A stretch of DNA of 64,000 nt. Source: Candidatus Bathyarchaeota archaeon. Its GTDB lineage: Archaea; Thermoproteota; Bathyarchaeia; Bathyarchaeales; Bathycorpusculaceae. The notes beneath the pieces were generated by a model. It was given only the letters and a program-made list of their open reading frames with translations. It did no database searches and was not told where the DNA came from. The stretch is taken from the NCBI GenBank assembly GCA_963772455.1, contig CAVYXJ010000010.1:384001-448000 (forward strand). Reading direction: 5' to 3'. The stretch's first letter is position 1; each line of letters starts with the position of its first letter. This document shows, piece by piece, positions 44,573-54,629 of the stretch. Position numbers and translations under genes: made by a program.

Positions 44573-45073
44573 TTTCTTTTACCTCTCAATTTTAAGCTTT
44601 AAAGCTCATGCATATTCTAATTCAACTTGTTTTAAGAGCTTTTATGACTATGTGATTGAGCTTTGACAGTCACATAATTCATTCGTGTTTTTGTTGATTA
44701 TATTAATCAAAACACAATCCTATTTATCGTTGCTTGTATTTGGAGGCTCTTAGATATTTTTTGCAATAAGAACTTGGATTAGTTGATAAAACTCCCATCT
44801 TGCTATCTTTTTTTAATTCAAGATATTTTTTATGTTTTTAATTCTCTTGATTTGTAAAAATAATGCAAAAAATGGAAAATCTGATGTTTTTAATGTCAAA
44901 ATCTTTGTTTTTTCGCAAATAACGGTTTTTAACGTATCCTTTATCTCAAAACTTGCTAAAGCTTTTTATAAGCCGAACAAGCCTTTTGAGTTGTCACATT
45001 AATCATGCTATCACCAAAGCTTCTGAAGCTTTTAGAGACATCATGAAATATCCTGTGGCAGAAGAAACAAAAT

Positions 45074-46234
45074 ATGCAAATTCAATCATTTAAGGACTTG
45101 CCATTATCAGGAGAAGTCCTAAAAAGTATAGCAGAACTCGGGTTTGATAGTCTTTTTCCAATTCAAGCTCAAGCAATTATTCCCTTGCTCGAAGGCAAAG
45201 ATGTCATCGGGCAAGCACAAACCGGAACGGGAAAAACAGCCGCTTTCGGCGTACCCATGGTTCAACGATTAAATCGTGAAATCCGTGGAGTTCAAGGATT
45301 GATATTAGTACCAACCCGTGAATTAGCCGTGCAAGTAGCAGAACAAATGGCGCTTTTTTCTAAATACGCCAAACTGAAAGTTTTAGCTGTTTACGGTGGA
45401 GAATCCATCAACAAACAAATCCACGCATTAGCAAGCGGAGTCCACATAGTTGTTGGTACTCCTGGAAGATTAATCGATCTCATGGAAAGACGTGTATTGA
45501 ATCTTTCAAATGTTAAAGTGGTGGTTCTAGATGAAGCTGATCGCATGCTTGACATGGGCTTTACCGAAGATGTTGAATTCATTCTCTCAAAAACACCCAA
45601 AGACAGGCAAACTAGCCTTTTTAGTGCAACCATTGAACAATCAGTAATGCGAGTATGCAACAGGTATATGAAAAACCCCGAGAAAATCTTGGTAAGCAAA
45701 GACGAAATCGCATTAACCCAAATGAAACAATTCTACACTGTCGTCAACCAAAACGGCAAATTCGGAGCACTCTGTGACATCCTACATGATGATCGCGTTG
45801 ACAAAGCAATAATTTTCTGCCGAACCCGCAGAGAAACCAGCCGCCTCTCAGACCAACTTTATCGCAAAGGTTGCAGAGTACAAGCATTACATGCAGGCTT
45901 CACACAAGCACAAAGAGACCGAGCAATCTGCGACTTCAAAGCTGGACGATTAAACTTGCTCGTAGCAACTGACGTTGCAGCAAGAGGCTTAGATATCGGA
46001 GGAATAACACACATTATCAACTACGACGTACCAAACGATGCACCAGTCTACTTCCATCGCATAGGTAGAACAGCACGCAAAGGCGAAGAAGGCACAGCAA
46101 TTACACTAGTAAGCTACGGCGAAATGTCAAATTTTAACCAAATCAAATCGCTGACCAAAACCAAAATCGAAGAAATCAAACCATCAACAACAACCGAACG
46201 CGGCGACGACTCGGGAATCCAAAGCTTTTACTAA
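45074..46234 (+). CDS. DEAD-box RNA helicase
   Basis: Q motif, GTGKT, PTRELA, GTPGR, DEAD, SAT, ARGLD, HRIGRTAR. Confidence 0.96.
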   Translation: MQIQSFKDLPLSGEVLKSIAELGFDSLFPIQAQAIIPLLEGKDVIGQAQTGTGKTAAFGVPMVQRLNREIRGVQGLILVPTRELAVQVAEQMALFSKYAKLKVLAVYGGESINKQIHALASGVHIVVGTPGRLIDLMERRVLNLSNVKVVVLDEADRMLDMGFTEDVEFILSKTPKDRQTSLFSATIEQSVMRVCNRYMKNPEKILVSKDEIALTQMKQFYTVVNQNGKFGALCDILHDDRVDKAIIFCRTRRETSRLSDQLYRKGCRVQALHAGFTQAQRDRAICDFKAGRLNLLVATDVAARGLDIGGITHIINYDVPNDAPVYFHRIGRTARKGEEGTAITLVSYGEMSNFNQIKSLTKTKIEEIKPSTTTERGDDSGIQSFY

Positions 46235-46335
46235 AAAGCTTTCTTTATTTTCTTTTTATTAATTAAATTTTCAAAAAATAATTATTAAATAGTGATTAGT
46301 TACAACTTCAATATAGGTTCTGAGGATTTCTTTAA

Positions 46336-47049
46336 ATGAACGACAAAAAAGAAATTCAAAGAAAAAAATCCGTCAAGCATCTCAAGTCCACGCTAAAAAA
46401 TCTTAGTCAAAAAACTGATTCTACCCAACTTCCTTCGGATTTAAATCTTAAGCGTTTTGAAAAGAGCATGAATATTGACTATGAAAAATGGCATGATGGA
46501 TTAGGGTATGATTTAGATGCAATAAAATCGGCTTCAGCGACGGAACGCAAAACAATTGAACAGATTTTAATTCAACATAATCCTCGGGATTGGAGAGACA
46601 TTGAAGCCATGTCGCAAATCGCAACAGCAAACGCTCGAAAAACAATTAAGAGGGCGATGAACGACCCAAACCCCAATGTCCGAATTGCCGTTACAAGATA
46701 TGCTCCAAAATTAGTGTCTAAAAGAGACCGAAGCAAATCGCTGATTAACGCATTGCAGAATGCAGAATTATTTGGTGGTCTCTCACAAACTCTTGATGAC
46801 ATCGAAAAATATCATCCAAAGGAAATCAAGGAAGCTCTCATAAAGGGATTGTTAAGTCGCAAGGGAGAAGTCGCAACTCTCTTTGCAGCAATGCTCTTTT
46901 ACATATACGGAAAAGCTGATGAGCCTTTTGATATGAACCAAAGACCTTTCTTTCTACGCTTTAACACTGAAAACAAAACAGAAAGATTAGCGGTATTCTT
47001 AGAACTATGCAAAACACTAAACATTAAACCTGAAAAATATTTGGCATAA
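46336..47049 (+). CDS. HEAT-repeat-like hypothetical protein
   Basis: AMNDPNPNVRIAV HEAT-like segment, helical composition. Confidence 0.6.
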   Translation: MNDKKEIQRKKSVKHLKSTLKNLSQKTDSTQLPSDLNLKRFEKSMNIDYEKWHDGLGYDLDAIKSASATERKTIEQILIQHNPRDWRDIEAMSQIATANARKTIKRAMNDPNPNVRIAVTRYAPKLVSKRDRSKSLINALQNAELFGGLSQTLDDIEKYHPKEIKEALIKGLLSRKGEVATLFAAMLFYIYGKADEPFDMNQRPFFLRFNTENKTERLAVFLELCKTLNIKPEKYLA

Positions 47050-47566
47050 AAACGTAAAATAAAAAGAGAACTGCCTTTGAGGACTATTTTTAATGTTTGG
47101 TATCATCTATTAGATCCGAATTGCAGAATTGCCAGAATCTTCGATATTAGGTCAGTTTCCGTAGTTAGGGCAGAAAGTGGCCGTCGATTGGAGAGTATTC
47201 AGTTTTATTAAAGAAACATTGCTGATTTTTTAGTCAGATTGTTTTGGTTTTCACTCAAGAAATTAGTATTTCTTGAGAAAACTCAATGCAACAAAGGTGT
47301 TATCGTTACAACAAAAAACAATACTGCTAATAAAAAAGGAATAATAGCTCTAAAAGGGCTGTCCTTAATTATAACTTTAGTGAATAACCTAATAATTTGT
47401 GTTTTTTGTATTTTGTAATCTATTTTGCTAAAGCGTCTATTTCTAATCATTTTATTAACTCTTACGACGTGCACGTTTGTTAGTATCTTCAATCTTTTTA
47501 AAAATTATGAATTCTAAATCACTAAAATTCTAAATTTTCCTAGAAAAACGGGAAAAGACCATTATT

Positions 47567-47612
47567 GGAGGATTTGAACCCTCGACCCCCAACTTAGGAA
47601 GCTGGTGCTCTA
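47567..47612 (-). repeat. Partial duplication of tRNA-Arg (att-like direct repeat)
   Basis: 47570-47612 matches 48341-48383 at 42 of 43 nt. Confidence 0.85.
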
Positions 47613-47693
47613 AGCCATTTCGCATGTTCTTAGGCGGGAAGGTTTTTATTCAGTACTTACGTTTATTATGTGTAATAAACATGTACGGGAGTA

Positions 47694-47921
47694 GTGTGCG
47701 TGAGTAACATTACTGTAAGAGTTCCAGAGGAGCTAAAAGGGCGCATGAGACGCTGCAAAAGCGTTAACTGGAGCGATGTTGCAAGAAAGGCGTTTGAAGA
47801 GGCTGCAAGTAAAGAAGAGATGCAATGCGCTGCAGAGGCAATCAAAAAACTTCGATTGGAGAGCAAAGTTGAATGGGATGGCGCTAGGGAGATAAGAAAA
47901 TGGCGAGACGCCGGAACGTAG
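47694..47921 (+). CDS. RHH antitoxin (VapB-like)
   Basis: SNITVRVPEELK..M.....VNWSDVARK...EIRKWRD; overlaps the PIN gene. Confidence 0.85.
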   Translation: MCVSNITVRVPEELKGRMRRCKSVNWSDVARKAFEEAASKEEMQCAAEAIKKLRLESKVEWDGAREIRKWRDAGT

Positions 47922-48322
47922 TACTAGACTCTTCAGTAGTCGTCAAATGGTTTAGCACAGAAACAAAATCAGATGAGGCACTAAAACTCTTAGATTCCTA
48001 TATACAAGGAACAGTTGAGTTGACAATCTCGGAAATTCTAATTTGCGAGGTTGGTAACGCTTTAAGATACAAACCTGATTACGATACACAGAAATGGAAA
48101 ACTGCCCTTACTCAACTATTCAACCTCCACATGGATGTGACTCACCTGAACGAAAACCTCACATATAGAACAGGCGAGATAGCCTACGAGGGAAAAATAA
48201 CGTTTTATGACGCTCTACCCATTGCGATTGCTGAAAACAAAAAAACAGTCTGTATTACAGCAGATGGAGAGACACAATACAAAAAACTCCAGCCAAAGGG
48301 ATACCCTGTCGAACTTTTATAG
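47900..48322 (+). CDS. vapC: PIN-domain toxin VapC
   Basis: VVLDSSVVVKW, EVGNAL, TFYDA, ITAD. Confidence 0.9.
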   Translation: MARRRNVVLDSSVVVKWFSTETKSDEALKLLDSYIQGTVELTISEILICEVGNALRYKPDYDTQKWKTALTQLFNLHMDVTHLNENLTYRTGEIAYEGKITFYDALPIAIAENKKTVCITADGETQYKKLQPKGYPVELL

Positions 48323-48326
48323 TAAA

Positions 48327-48404
48327 TGGCGGGCGGGGAGGGATTTGAACCCTCGACCCCCAACTTAGGAGGCTGGTGCTCTATCCGTACTGAGCTACTC
48401 GCCC
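48327..48404 (-). tRNA. tRNA-Arg(CCT)
   Basis: GGGCGAGTAGCTCAG...CCAGC-CTCCTAA-GTTGG...GGTTCAAATCC...GCCA. Confidence 0.95.
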
Positions 48405-48700
48405 AACTATTCTTTAAAATGGTGCTTGATTCTGCCTTATCTAGGTCAATATTGGCATTGTGACCAATGTGACCATTCTCGTTTGATATGTTGGGATATG
48501 TTTCTTTGGGCATTTCATTAAGTTTTCTCTGAATGTAAGCTAAGGATTGCTGATGATATGTAAACTGTGGCTTACCATTCATTCTGCATTTGTAATGTCT
48601 AGCTCTTGCGTATTTGATGTCTCCATTCTTATTATAGAAAACTTGGATAGAATCTAACTTGGTGCAACCTTCACTCCAATCAAACACATTTTATTTTCAT
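48405..48700 (-). pseudogene. Degraded ORF reading into tRNA-Arg; possible integrase N-terminal fragment
   Basis: MKIKC-(13-nt disruption)-EGCTKL.SIQVFYNKNGDIKYARARHY; frame continues through the tRNA. Confidence 0.35.
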
Positions 48701-48833
48701 GAAGATTCATCTCTATACTAGGAGCTCACCTGATTGCTAAAGGAACTATATAATGACCATTAAAACTAGTTCTTTAGAGCTATTGATTACTTTGCTCAAA
48801 GGTTATTTAAAGAAAGAATAAATCTACTGTTAG

Positions 48834-49166
48834 TTGAGGGTTAGCTTGTCCCTAAGAAAGATGAAAGCAGGTTATGCAATTGTAGCAGGTATCGGTGTTT
48901 TAGTTGGAGTGTTAGGCATCAGTTCAATGGTGTATTTTTTTACTGTTAAACAAGTTATGGGGCATTCAAACTCTATCTATGGGAACTATTTTGTTGCTGG
49001 CTTAATTTGCATTGTTTTTGCTATTGCTGTACTTAGAATTACTATTCCAGCATTTCTGCCTCTTAAGAAGACTAACTTACCCACCAACAGAACTTGTCAA
49101 TATTGTGGAGCAATAGTGGATGAGGATGATTTATCTTGCAAGAAGTGCAAGAAACAACTTGATTGA
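48834..49166 (+). CDS. Membrane protein with C-terminal zinc ribbon
   Basis: Two TM helices then CQYCG...CKKC. Confidence 0.6.
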   Translation: MRVSLSLRKMKAGYAIVAGIGVLVGVLGISSMVYFFTVKQVMGHSNSIYGNYFVAGLICIVFAIAVLRITIPAFLPLKKTNLPTNRTCQYCGAIVDEDDLSCKKCKKQLD

Positions 49167-49294
49167 ATAATTAACTGTTCTAAGGTATAACACTGAGTCT
49201 ACAAAATCTGCTATCATCGTTTTATAATTATAAAGGACTATTTTTTGAGCTTAGTTTTTGTGAATTTAAATAGTAAGATATTTAATAACTGATT

Positions 49295-49486
49295 ATGGCA
49301 TTTGAACTAATTCCTTTTCCAATCTCAATCATCTTTGCATTGGTTTTTATAATTGCATGGGTAGCAATCTTATGGAAGTTAAGAAAAACAGGAAAAATCT
49401 ACTCTATTTTGTTTAAGCTAAGTGTTATTGCAGGAGCAATTCTGATAGTTGCTTTCATTTATGGAATAATTGCAAATATGCTTTAG
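49295..49486 (+). CDS. Small membrane protein
   Basis: Two hydrophobic helices, 63 aa. Confidence 0.5.
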   Translation: MAFELIPFPISIIFALVFIIAWVAILWKLRKTGKIYSILFKLSVIAGAILIVAFIYGIIANML

Positions 49487-49577
49487 CAGCTTTAGTCTGT
49501 CAGCTTTCAATCACTAAGAACTAGTTTGAGCAAATCCTATATGTAAACTGATTGCATTAGAAAATAGGGATTAACTG

Positions 49578-49868
49578 ATGATGAGATTTAGGAGCATTAT
49601 CATTGTTAATGCTGTATTGATTATGTTTTTTATTGTTGCTAATTATGCTGTTTGGAATATGGTGAACAGTAACACTCATCTTGGCAATACTATTATGAAT
49701 CCAATCAATGTTATTGAGTCTATGTGGGGAGATGTTGTTGATGGCAAAGGTGAGAGGATTGGAGGACTTAGTATTATGCCTAACTTTCCCTTTTGGCTAT
49801 TCTTTGCTACAATAGCAGTAAATCTATACTTTATCTATAATCTGAGTAAAAAACCAAATATGCACTAA
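49578..49868 (+). CDS. Small membrane protein
   Basis: Two TM helices, PNFPFWLFF..IAVNLYFI. Confidence 0.55.
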   Translation: MMRFRSIIIVNAVLIMFFIVANYAVWNMVNSNTHLGNTIMNPINVIESMWGDVVDGKGERIGGLSIMPNFPFWLFFATIAVNLYFIYNLSKKPNMH

Positions 49869-50051
49869 ATATGCTCTATCAGCTTAGTCAGACTTAGTTT
49901 ATACATCTAATAAACAAAGGAGATTGCTTAGATGTATAATGCTTGCATATGCTATAGTTTCTTCAGCCTTTTTCTTATGTATATCAGATTTTAGAATGGT
50001 TATTACTTATTTTATTTCTTTATGAAATAATAACAAATTAATTCTAAATGC

Positions 50052-50279
50052 TTATTTATCAATTCCTGATGAAATGCCAGTTGAAAGGTGCAAATTGCTT
50101 ATTTCATCAACATTATCATTCGGTAGTGCGATTTCTCTTTTATTCAGGATAATATCACTATTTACTGCAGCTATGCATTTGGCGTTATCAATTAGGATCG
50201 CCAGTTTCTTATAAGCTACAAAATAATCAAGAAATCTTTCAGCTTCTTCATTTTCAAATACTTGTTTATTTTCCTTCAT
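50052..50279 (-). CDS. Hypothetical protein
   Basis: 75-aa ORF only. Confidence 0.3.
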   Translation of the reverse strand: MKENKQVFENEEAERFLDYFVAYKKLAILIDNAKCIAAVNSDIILNKREIALPNDNVDEISNLHLSTGISSGIDK

Positions 50280-50773
50280 TTAAATCACATTGAGTCATTC
50301 TTTGTTTATTGAATATTAAGACATAACGTTTGTTAATATGCACGTATATACGTCCAATGGTCAAAAGAGACAATTATCAATTTCGAATAATTTATTAATT
50401 AAAAGAAGAAAGCAAAAACTCCAACGAAAAACAATCTTTTTTCAATAAATCTCTAAAATCAAATCAGCCATGAATAAGTACAATATTCATATTTTTATAT
50501 TAAACAAATTATGTTAAATTGTAGATATAATCTGATTCATTATTGGTGACTGTAAAGTAATGATGACATTTTCCGCAGTGAAATGCCTCAATAGTAAAAC
50601 AGTGATTCTTTAACACTCTAGAAGGTTTGTTTACTTCTTTACCACAGCTAGGACAATGCGTCATATAATTCATTATTTCTTCGACAAAAATAGCTTATTA
50701 GACTTGTGAACTCAGAATAAGTAATAATGTTGCTTAAAAGAAACCATTCTTGAGTAGAACAAGAAGAAAAAAA

Positions 50774-50975
50774 TGTGGTTGAGTCTAAACCCCACTGCAA
50801 CACCGCCTAGTCAAATAACGCTTGCCAAGACTTATCCTCGATCTGATCTCAGATTCATCCGGCAGACGCTTAAGGACCAATACTGCGTGTCACCGTGAAG
50901 CTTGTTCCTCAACCGGCAACTACAACATACCTTTTGACGGAATATAATGTTATGTTGGCACCTTAAGCCGCCAAC
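50774..50975 (-). ncRNA. Candidate ~200-nt structured ncRNA divergent from tRNA-Leu
   Basis: ggcggcttaaggtgccaa/ttggtccttaagcgtctgcc stem, inner gttgccg/cggtgac and tgagg/cttca stems, followed by a T-tract. Confidence 0.5.
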
Positions 50976-51038
50976 TAGAAACAGTTGAATTAGATGCAAA
51001 AAACTTAAACAATAGCGCGCAGTCATTACGGTGCTGGT

Positions 51039-51161
51039 GCCGGGGTATCCGAGCCAGGTCTAAATGGGCGGCCAGATAACAATTTGCCCCTAAGATATGG
51101 AGGAGGACTTAAGATCCTCTGGCGCAGGCCTTCGTGGGTTCAAGTCCCACCCCCGGCACCA
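51039..51161 (+). tRNA. tRNA-Leu(TAA) with ~35-nt intron in the D-arm (about 51064-51098)
   Basis: GCCGGGG/CCCCGGC-A-CCA, GAGGA-CTTAAGA-TCCTC, long variable arm; insert forms a gtct/agat helix with 3-nt bulges. Confidence 0.9.
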
Positions 51162-51344
51162 TTTAAAAATAAATTAATAAAACAATGTGGATTTTTTGTT
51201 ATTTTGATAAAAATCCTTCAGTTTTATACCTTTATTTTTAAGGCTTCGACAGCTTTTCAAAATGTTTTTTTGCTTTCTGTCAGGAGCACATCTTAGCATT
51301 TCCACTAAAAAAATAATATTGCAACCTTTTAGTATTCCAATCTG

Positions 51345-52739
51345 CTACTGTGTTTTTGGGTTCAATGGGAATTTTAAGGAAAAAGTTGTTCCTTTATTGA
51401 TTGTACTCTCAACTGTAATGGTTCCACCGTGGGCCTCTATAATTCTTTTGCAAATTGCCAATCCAAAACCCATACCCTGAGCTTTTGTTGTAAATAATGG
51501 TGTAAAGATTTTGTCCATTACTTCAGGTTTCATTCCACTTCCAGTATCAGCAAAAGTTATTTCAAGTTTATCCCCATTTTGACGGCTATTTATCTCAAGT
51601 ATTCCTCCTTTTTCCGACATTGCATCTATAGCGTTTGTAATTATATTGGTAAAAACTCGGGTAATCTTGTTTGAATCTGCCATTATAGTTGGAGAACTTT
51701 GAATATGATCCACGATCTTGATGTTCTTAGGAATCTTTATCGTAAGTAGAACATAATCTATCATGGATTTAGGCGTGCACACTTCCACCTCTAAACGAAT
51801 TTCCCGACTATAATCGAGTAAATCATTGATTATTTTATTAGAGTACTCAATGGCATTTTCTATTATGCTAAGCATTTGTAAACCGCTATCTCCCACAAAA
51901 CTACCTTGTTTTTTCCTTAGAAAATAAGTTGCATTTTTTATTCCTGCTAAAGGATTGCGAAGGTCATGTCCGATCATTCCGGCTAATTCTCCAATTGCCG
52001 CTAACCGTTCTGATTTGAGAACCCTATTTTGAGCTTCAATAAGTTCTTTTGTTCGCTCTTCAACTAACTCAGCCAAATTATCAGCATGTTTCTTTAAAAC
52101 GTCTTGTAAAGCTTGTCGATGAACAAATTCTTCGTATGTTCTTCTTCTATACAAATGGATCTGATGAGCACTAAACCCAGCAATCAAGTATGATGCAATT
52201 AGACTGAAAACCATTGTGTACATGATTGAAATCTCCGATTGATTGCCTAGAATTATTATTAAAATTTCGCCAATAACCATAACTGACGCCAGAATGCTTT
52301 GAAACAAAAATCTCAGTGGAACAACTAAATAAAAAATAAATAATGACATAAGAGTTACAACTGAGTGAAATATGAAATTTTCAGGTCGTGACATGTTGAT
52401 TATGCCACCGCCAATAATCAAAATTAAAGTTGTCAAAAAAACAAGACGATCGTAGACGGAGTGATTTTTTATTTTTCCCATATAGGCTACTTCAAAAACT
52501 ATGATGGAAAGAAGAATTAGGCGAATTGTTGCTAGGCCAAAAAACATTGAAGAATAACCGAAAAAAGCATAATCATTAAAGACAAAACCCAAGATTGGAA
52601 TTGCGAATAGCAACGCTGCCTTTCTATATTGATTGATGTCTGATGATAGATAAAAATTACGAAAATTTTTCTCAAGGGTATAGTCTTTGTTTTTGCTATT
52701 ATTAGAGTTACTGAAGGCTTGGTATAGCTTTTCCAGCAG
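51345..52739 (-). CDS. Membrane-bound sensor histidine kinase
   Basis: GHDLRNPL H-box, NAIDAM, DTGSGM, PLFTTK, GMGFGL; frame open upstream to 52739. Confidence 0.92.
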   Translation of the reverse strand: MLEKLYQAFSNSNNSKNKDYTLEKNFRNFYLSSDINQYRKAALLFAIPILGFVFNDYAFFGYSSMFFGLATIRLILLSIIVFEVAYMGKIKNHSVYDRLVFLTTLILIIGGGIINMSRPENFIFHSVVTLMSLFIFYLVVPLRFLFQSILASVMVIGEILIIILGNQSEISIMYTMVFSLIASYLIAGFSAHQIHLYRRRTYEEFVHRQALQDVLKKHADNLAELVEERTKELIEAQNRVLKSERLAAIGELAGMIGHDLRNPLAGIKNATYFLRKKQGSFVGDSGLQMLSIIENAIEYSNKIINDLLDYSREIRLEVEVCTPKSMIDYVLLTIKIPKNIKIVDHIQSSPTIMADSNKITRVFTNIITNAIDAMSEKGGILEINSRQNGDKLEITFADTGSGMKPEVMDKIFTPLFTTKAQGMGFGLAICKRIIEAHGGTITVESTINKGTTFSLKFPLNPKTQ

Positions 52740-52921
52740 TTTTCACCTTTTTAGGATCTCAATTTTTGTATTTGCTCTTGAACATTTTCCTTATCATTGG
52801 TAATTGGAAAATATAAGAATAATGAATTTATTTTGTTTAGAGTTTGAAATTTTGCAACGGATGAACCTGAAATAATTCGAGTTGGCAATAGTCTTTTATC
52901 TTAAAGTAACCAAGAACTTGC

Positions 52922-53395
52922 ATGGATAAAGAAGAAGATTTGTTAGTAGTAGAAAGAGTTAAAGCAGAAACTTTCGATGATTTTTTGGGTTTAATCGATA
53001 AACTTGCTGAATTTGAAAAGCTGGCTCCACCTGATGAAGAAGCGAAAAAAAGGCTACGACGTGACTGTTTATCTGACAAACCCAAATATGAGGCGTTCAT
53101 GGGAAAAATTGAAGATAAACCCGTTTCATATATAATTTATTTCTTTACTTACTCAAGCTTTCTTGCATTACCAACTCTTTTTCTTGAAGATATTTTTGTT
53201 CTTAACGAATATAGACGAAAAGGAGTAGGTCAAAAAATGTTTGATTTCCTAAAAAAAACTGCTAAACGCGAGGGATGCGGCAGATTAGAGTTTACGGTTT
53301 TGAAATGGAATACGACAGCGCAGGAATTCTATGAAAAAAATAAAGCCAAACGTTTGGAGTGGTTTTTATATCGTTTGGTAAACGAAGATTTTTAG
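52922..53395 (+). CDS. GNAT N-acetyltransferase (spermidine acetyltransferase-like)
   Basis: LFLEDIFV..EYRRKGVG, VLKWNTTAQEFY. Confidence 0.88.
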   Translation: MDKEEDLLVVERVKAETFDDFLGLIDKLAEFEKLAPPDEEAKKRLRRDCLSDKPKYEAFMGKIEDKPVSYIIYFFTYSSFLALPTLFLEDIFVLNEYRRKGVGQKMFDFLKKTAKREGCGRLEFTVLKWNTTAQEFYEKNKAKRLEWFLYRLVNEDF

Positions 53396-54276
53396 ATTGG
53401 CTCACATGAAGGCTTAGCTGCTTTTCTCTGCAGATAAGAGTTAATTGCATCTATAAGGGCTTCACAGGCAAACCATCGTTCTTCCAAGGAAGTATCTGTC
53501 TCCAAGGTATGGACTATTCTGCGGAATTTCTTAATTTCATCCAGGACAGGTTCTTTTTTTCTGTCGAATTCAGCTTTAAGTTCCTTTTGTTTGGCACTAA
53601 AATCCAGCATAACCAATTCAAGTTCAGTTTGCTTATCGCTTAATTCCTTCACTATAACCATTTCTTTTTGTTCTCTTTTCTTCTTGGAGATGCCGTGGAA
53701 AAATCCGGTTTTCATCCGAATTACCTCGTCCTGTTCTTTTTTCAGTTGATGTATTACCTTATAGAGACACTTGGTCTCTCTGTTTCTTTGACCCTTAATC
53801 GCCCCTGTTAAAGTTGCATATTCTTCTTTGATTTGTTTTAAGCGAGTTCTCCAATCTGAAAGATTATTTAGTTCTTGATCAAGTGCCGTTTCCTTTCGGC
53901 GTATTACTTCAAGTTGATCCTTTATGCTGGAAAATATTTGTGCGCACTCATTCAAGAATTGATCATCTGCAACTATGTTCGGGTGTGACTTAAACTCGTC
54001 TAGAACAACAATTATGTTTGTTAGCCAACGGTCAAAATGCTCGCTGAATGGTGAAGAACCAAACTTCTGGCTACCCAAAGTGTGAAGTTGCTTAAGGGTT
54101 AATTGGGAGACTTCACTTTCAGTTGCAGGCTGCTTTTCTTCCCTTATTGGTTTTGTAGTGCCTCTGCCAACACGTTTTCTATCTTTTCGTTTTTCGCGAA
54201 GGGTTTTTTTGTATACGTGAATTGCGCCTTTAGGCGACTTTATGCGAGGCTGATATCCCATAACAAGAGTTATCAT
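53392..54276 (-). CDS. Coiled-coil hypothetical protein
   Basis: Long K/E-rich heptad helices. Confidence 0.6.
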   Translation of the reverse strand: MITLVMGYQPRIKSPKGAIHVYKKTLREKRKDRKRVGRGTTKPIREEKQPATESEVSQLTLKQLHTLGSQKFGSSPFSEHFDRWLTNIIVVLDEFKSHPNIVADDQFLNECAQIFSSIKDQLEVIRRKETALDQELNNLSDWRTRLKQIKEEYATLTGAIKGQRNRETKCLYKVIHQLKKEQDEVIRMKTGFFHGISKKKREQKEMVIVKELSDKQTELELVMLDFSAKQKELKAEFDRKKEPVLDEIKKFRRIVHTLETDTSLEERWFACEALIDAINSYLQRKAAKPSCEPI

Positions 54277-54629
54277 TCTTTAAGTATTTAGTCTGTACCC
54301 TATTGGCTTGACTCTTAGGTTCTTTTTCTTTTCGACCCAGCCAAGATTTTGTTTCAATTGCTAAGACGGTGCCTAACAACGGGATAAGTTACGCCTGAGA
54401 AAATGACCAAGGCTGCAACTATGATAATTACAATTGAAGCTATACTCAAAACTGTTTTTGATTTACCCATTTAATATATCTCCATTTCAAGTTTAATGGT
54501 CTAAGTCGTAAAATAATTCATGTTGTAGCGAAGTAACGATCACAATTTTTGCTGACTTAATAGCAAAAACTGGAAATGTAGGTATCTAAGTCGTAGTGGT
54601 GAGTCTTCAAATGATATTAAGTCAGCGGA

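Noticed and set aside
47283-47492. 69-aa minus-strand ORF and nearby decayed zinc-ribbon-like codons (~47100-47190)
   Set aside because: Very AT-rich, no RBS or recognisable motif; at best island debris
54288-54470. Short hydrophobic ORF starting MGKSKTVLSIASIV
   Set aside because: Stops after 38 codons with a possible frameshift; product cannot be supported
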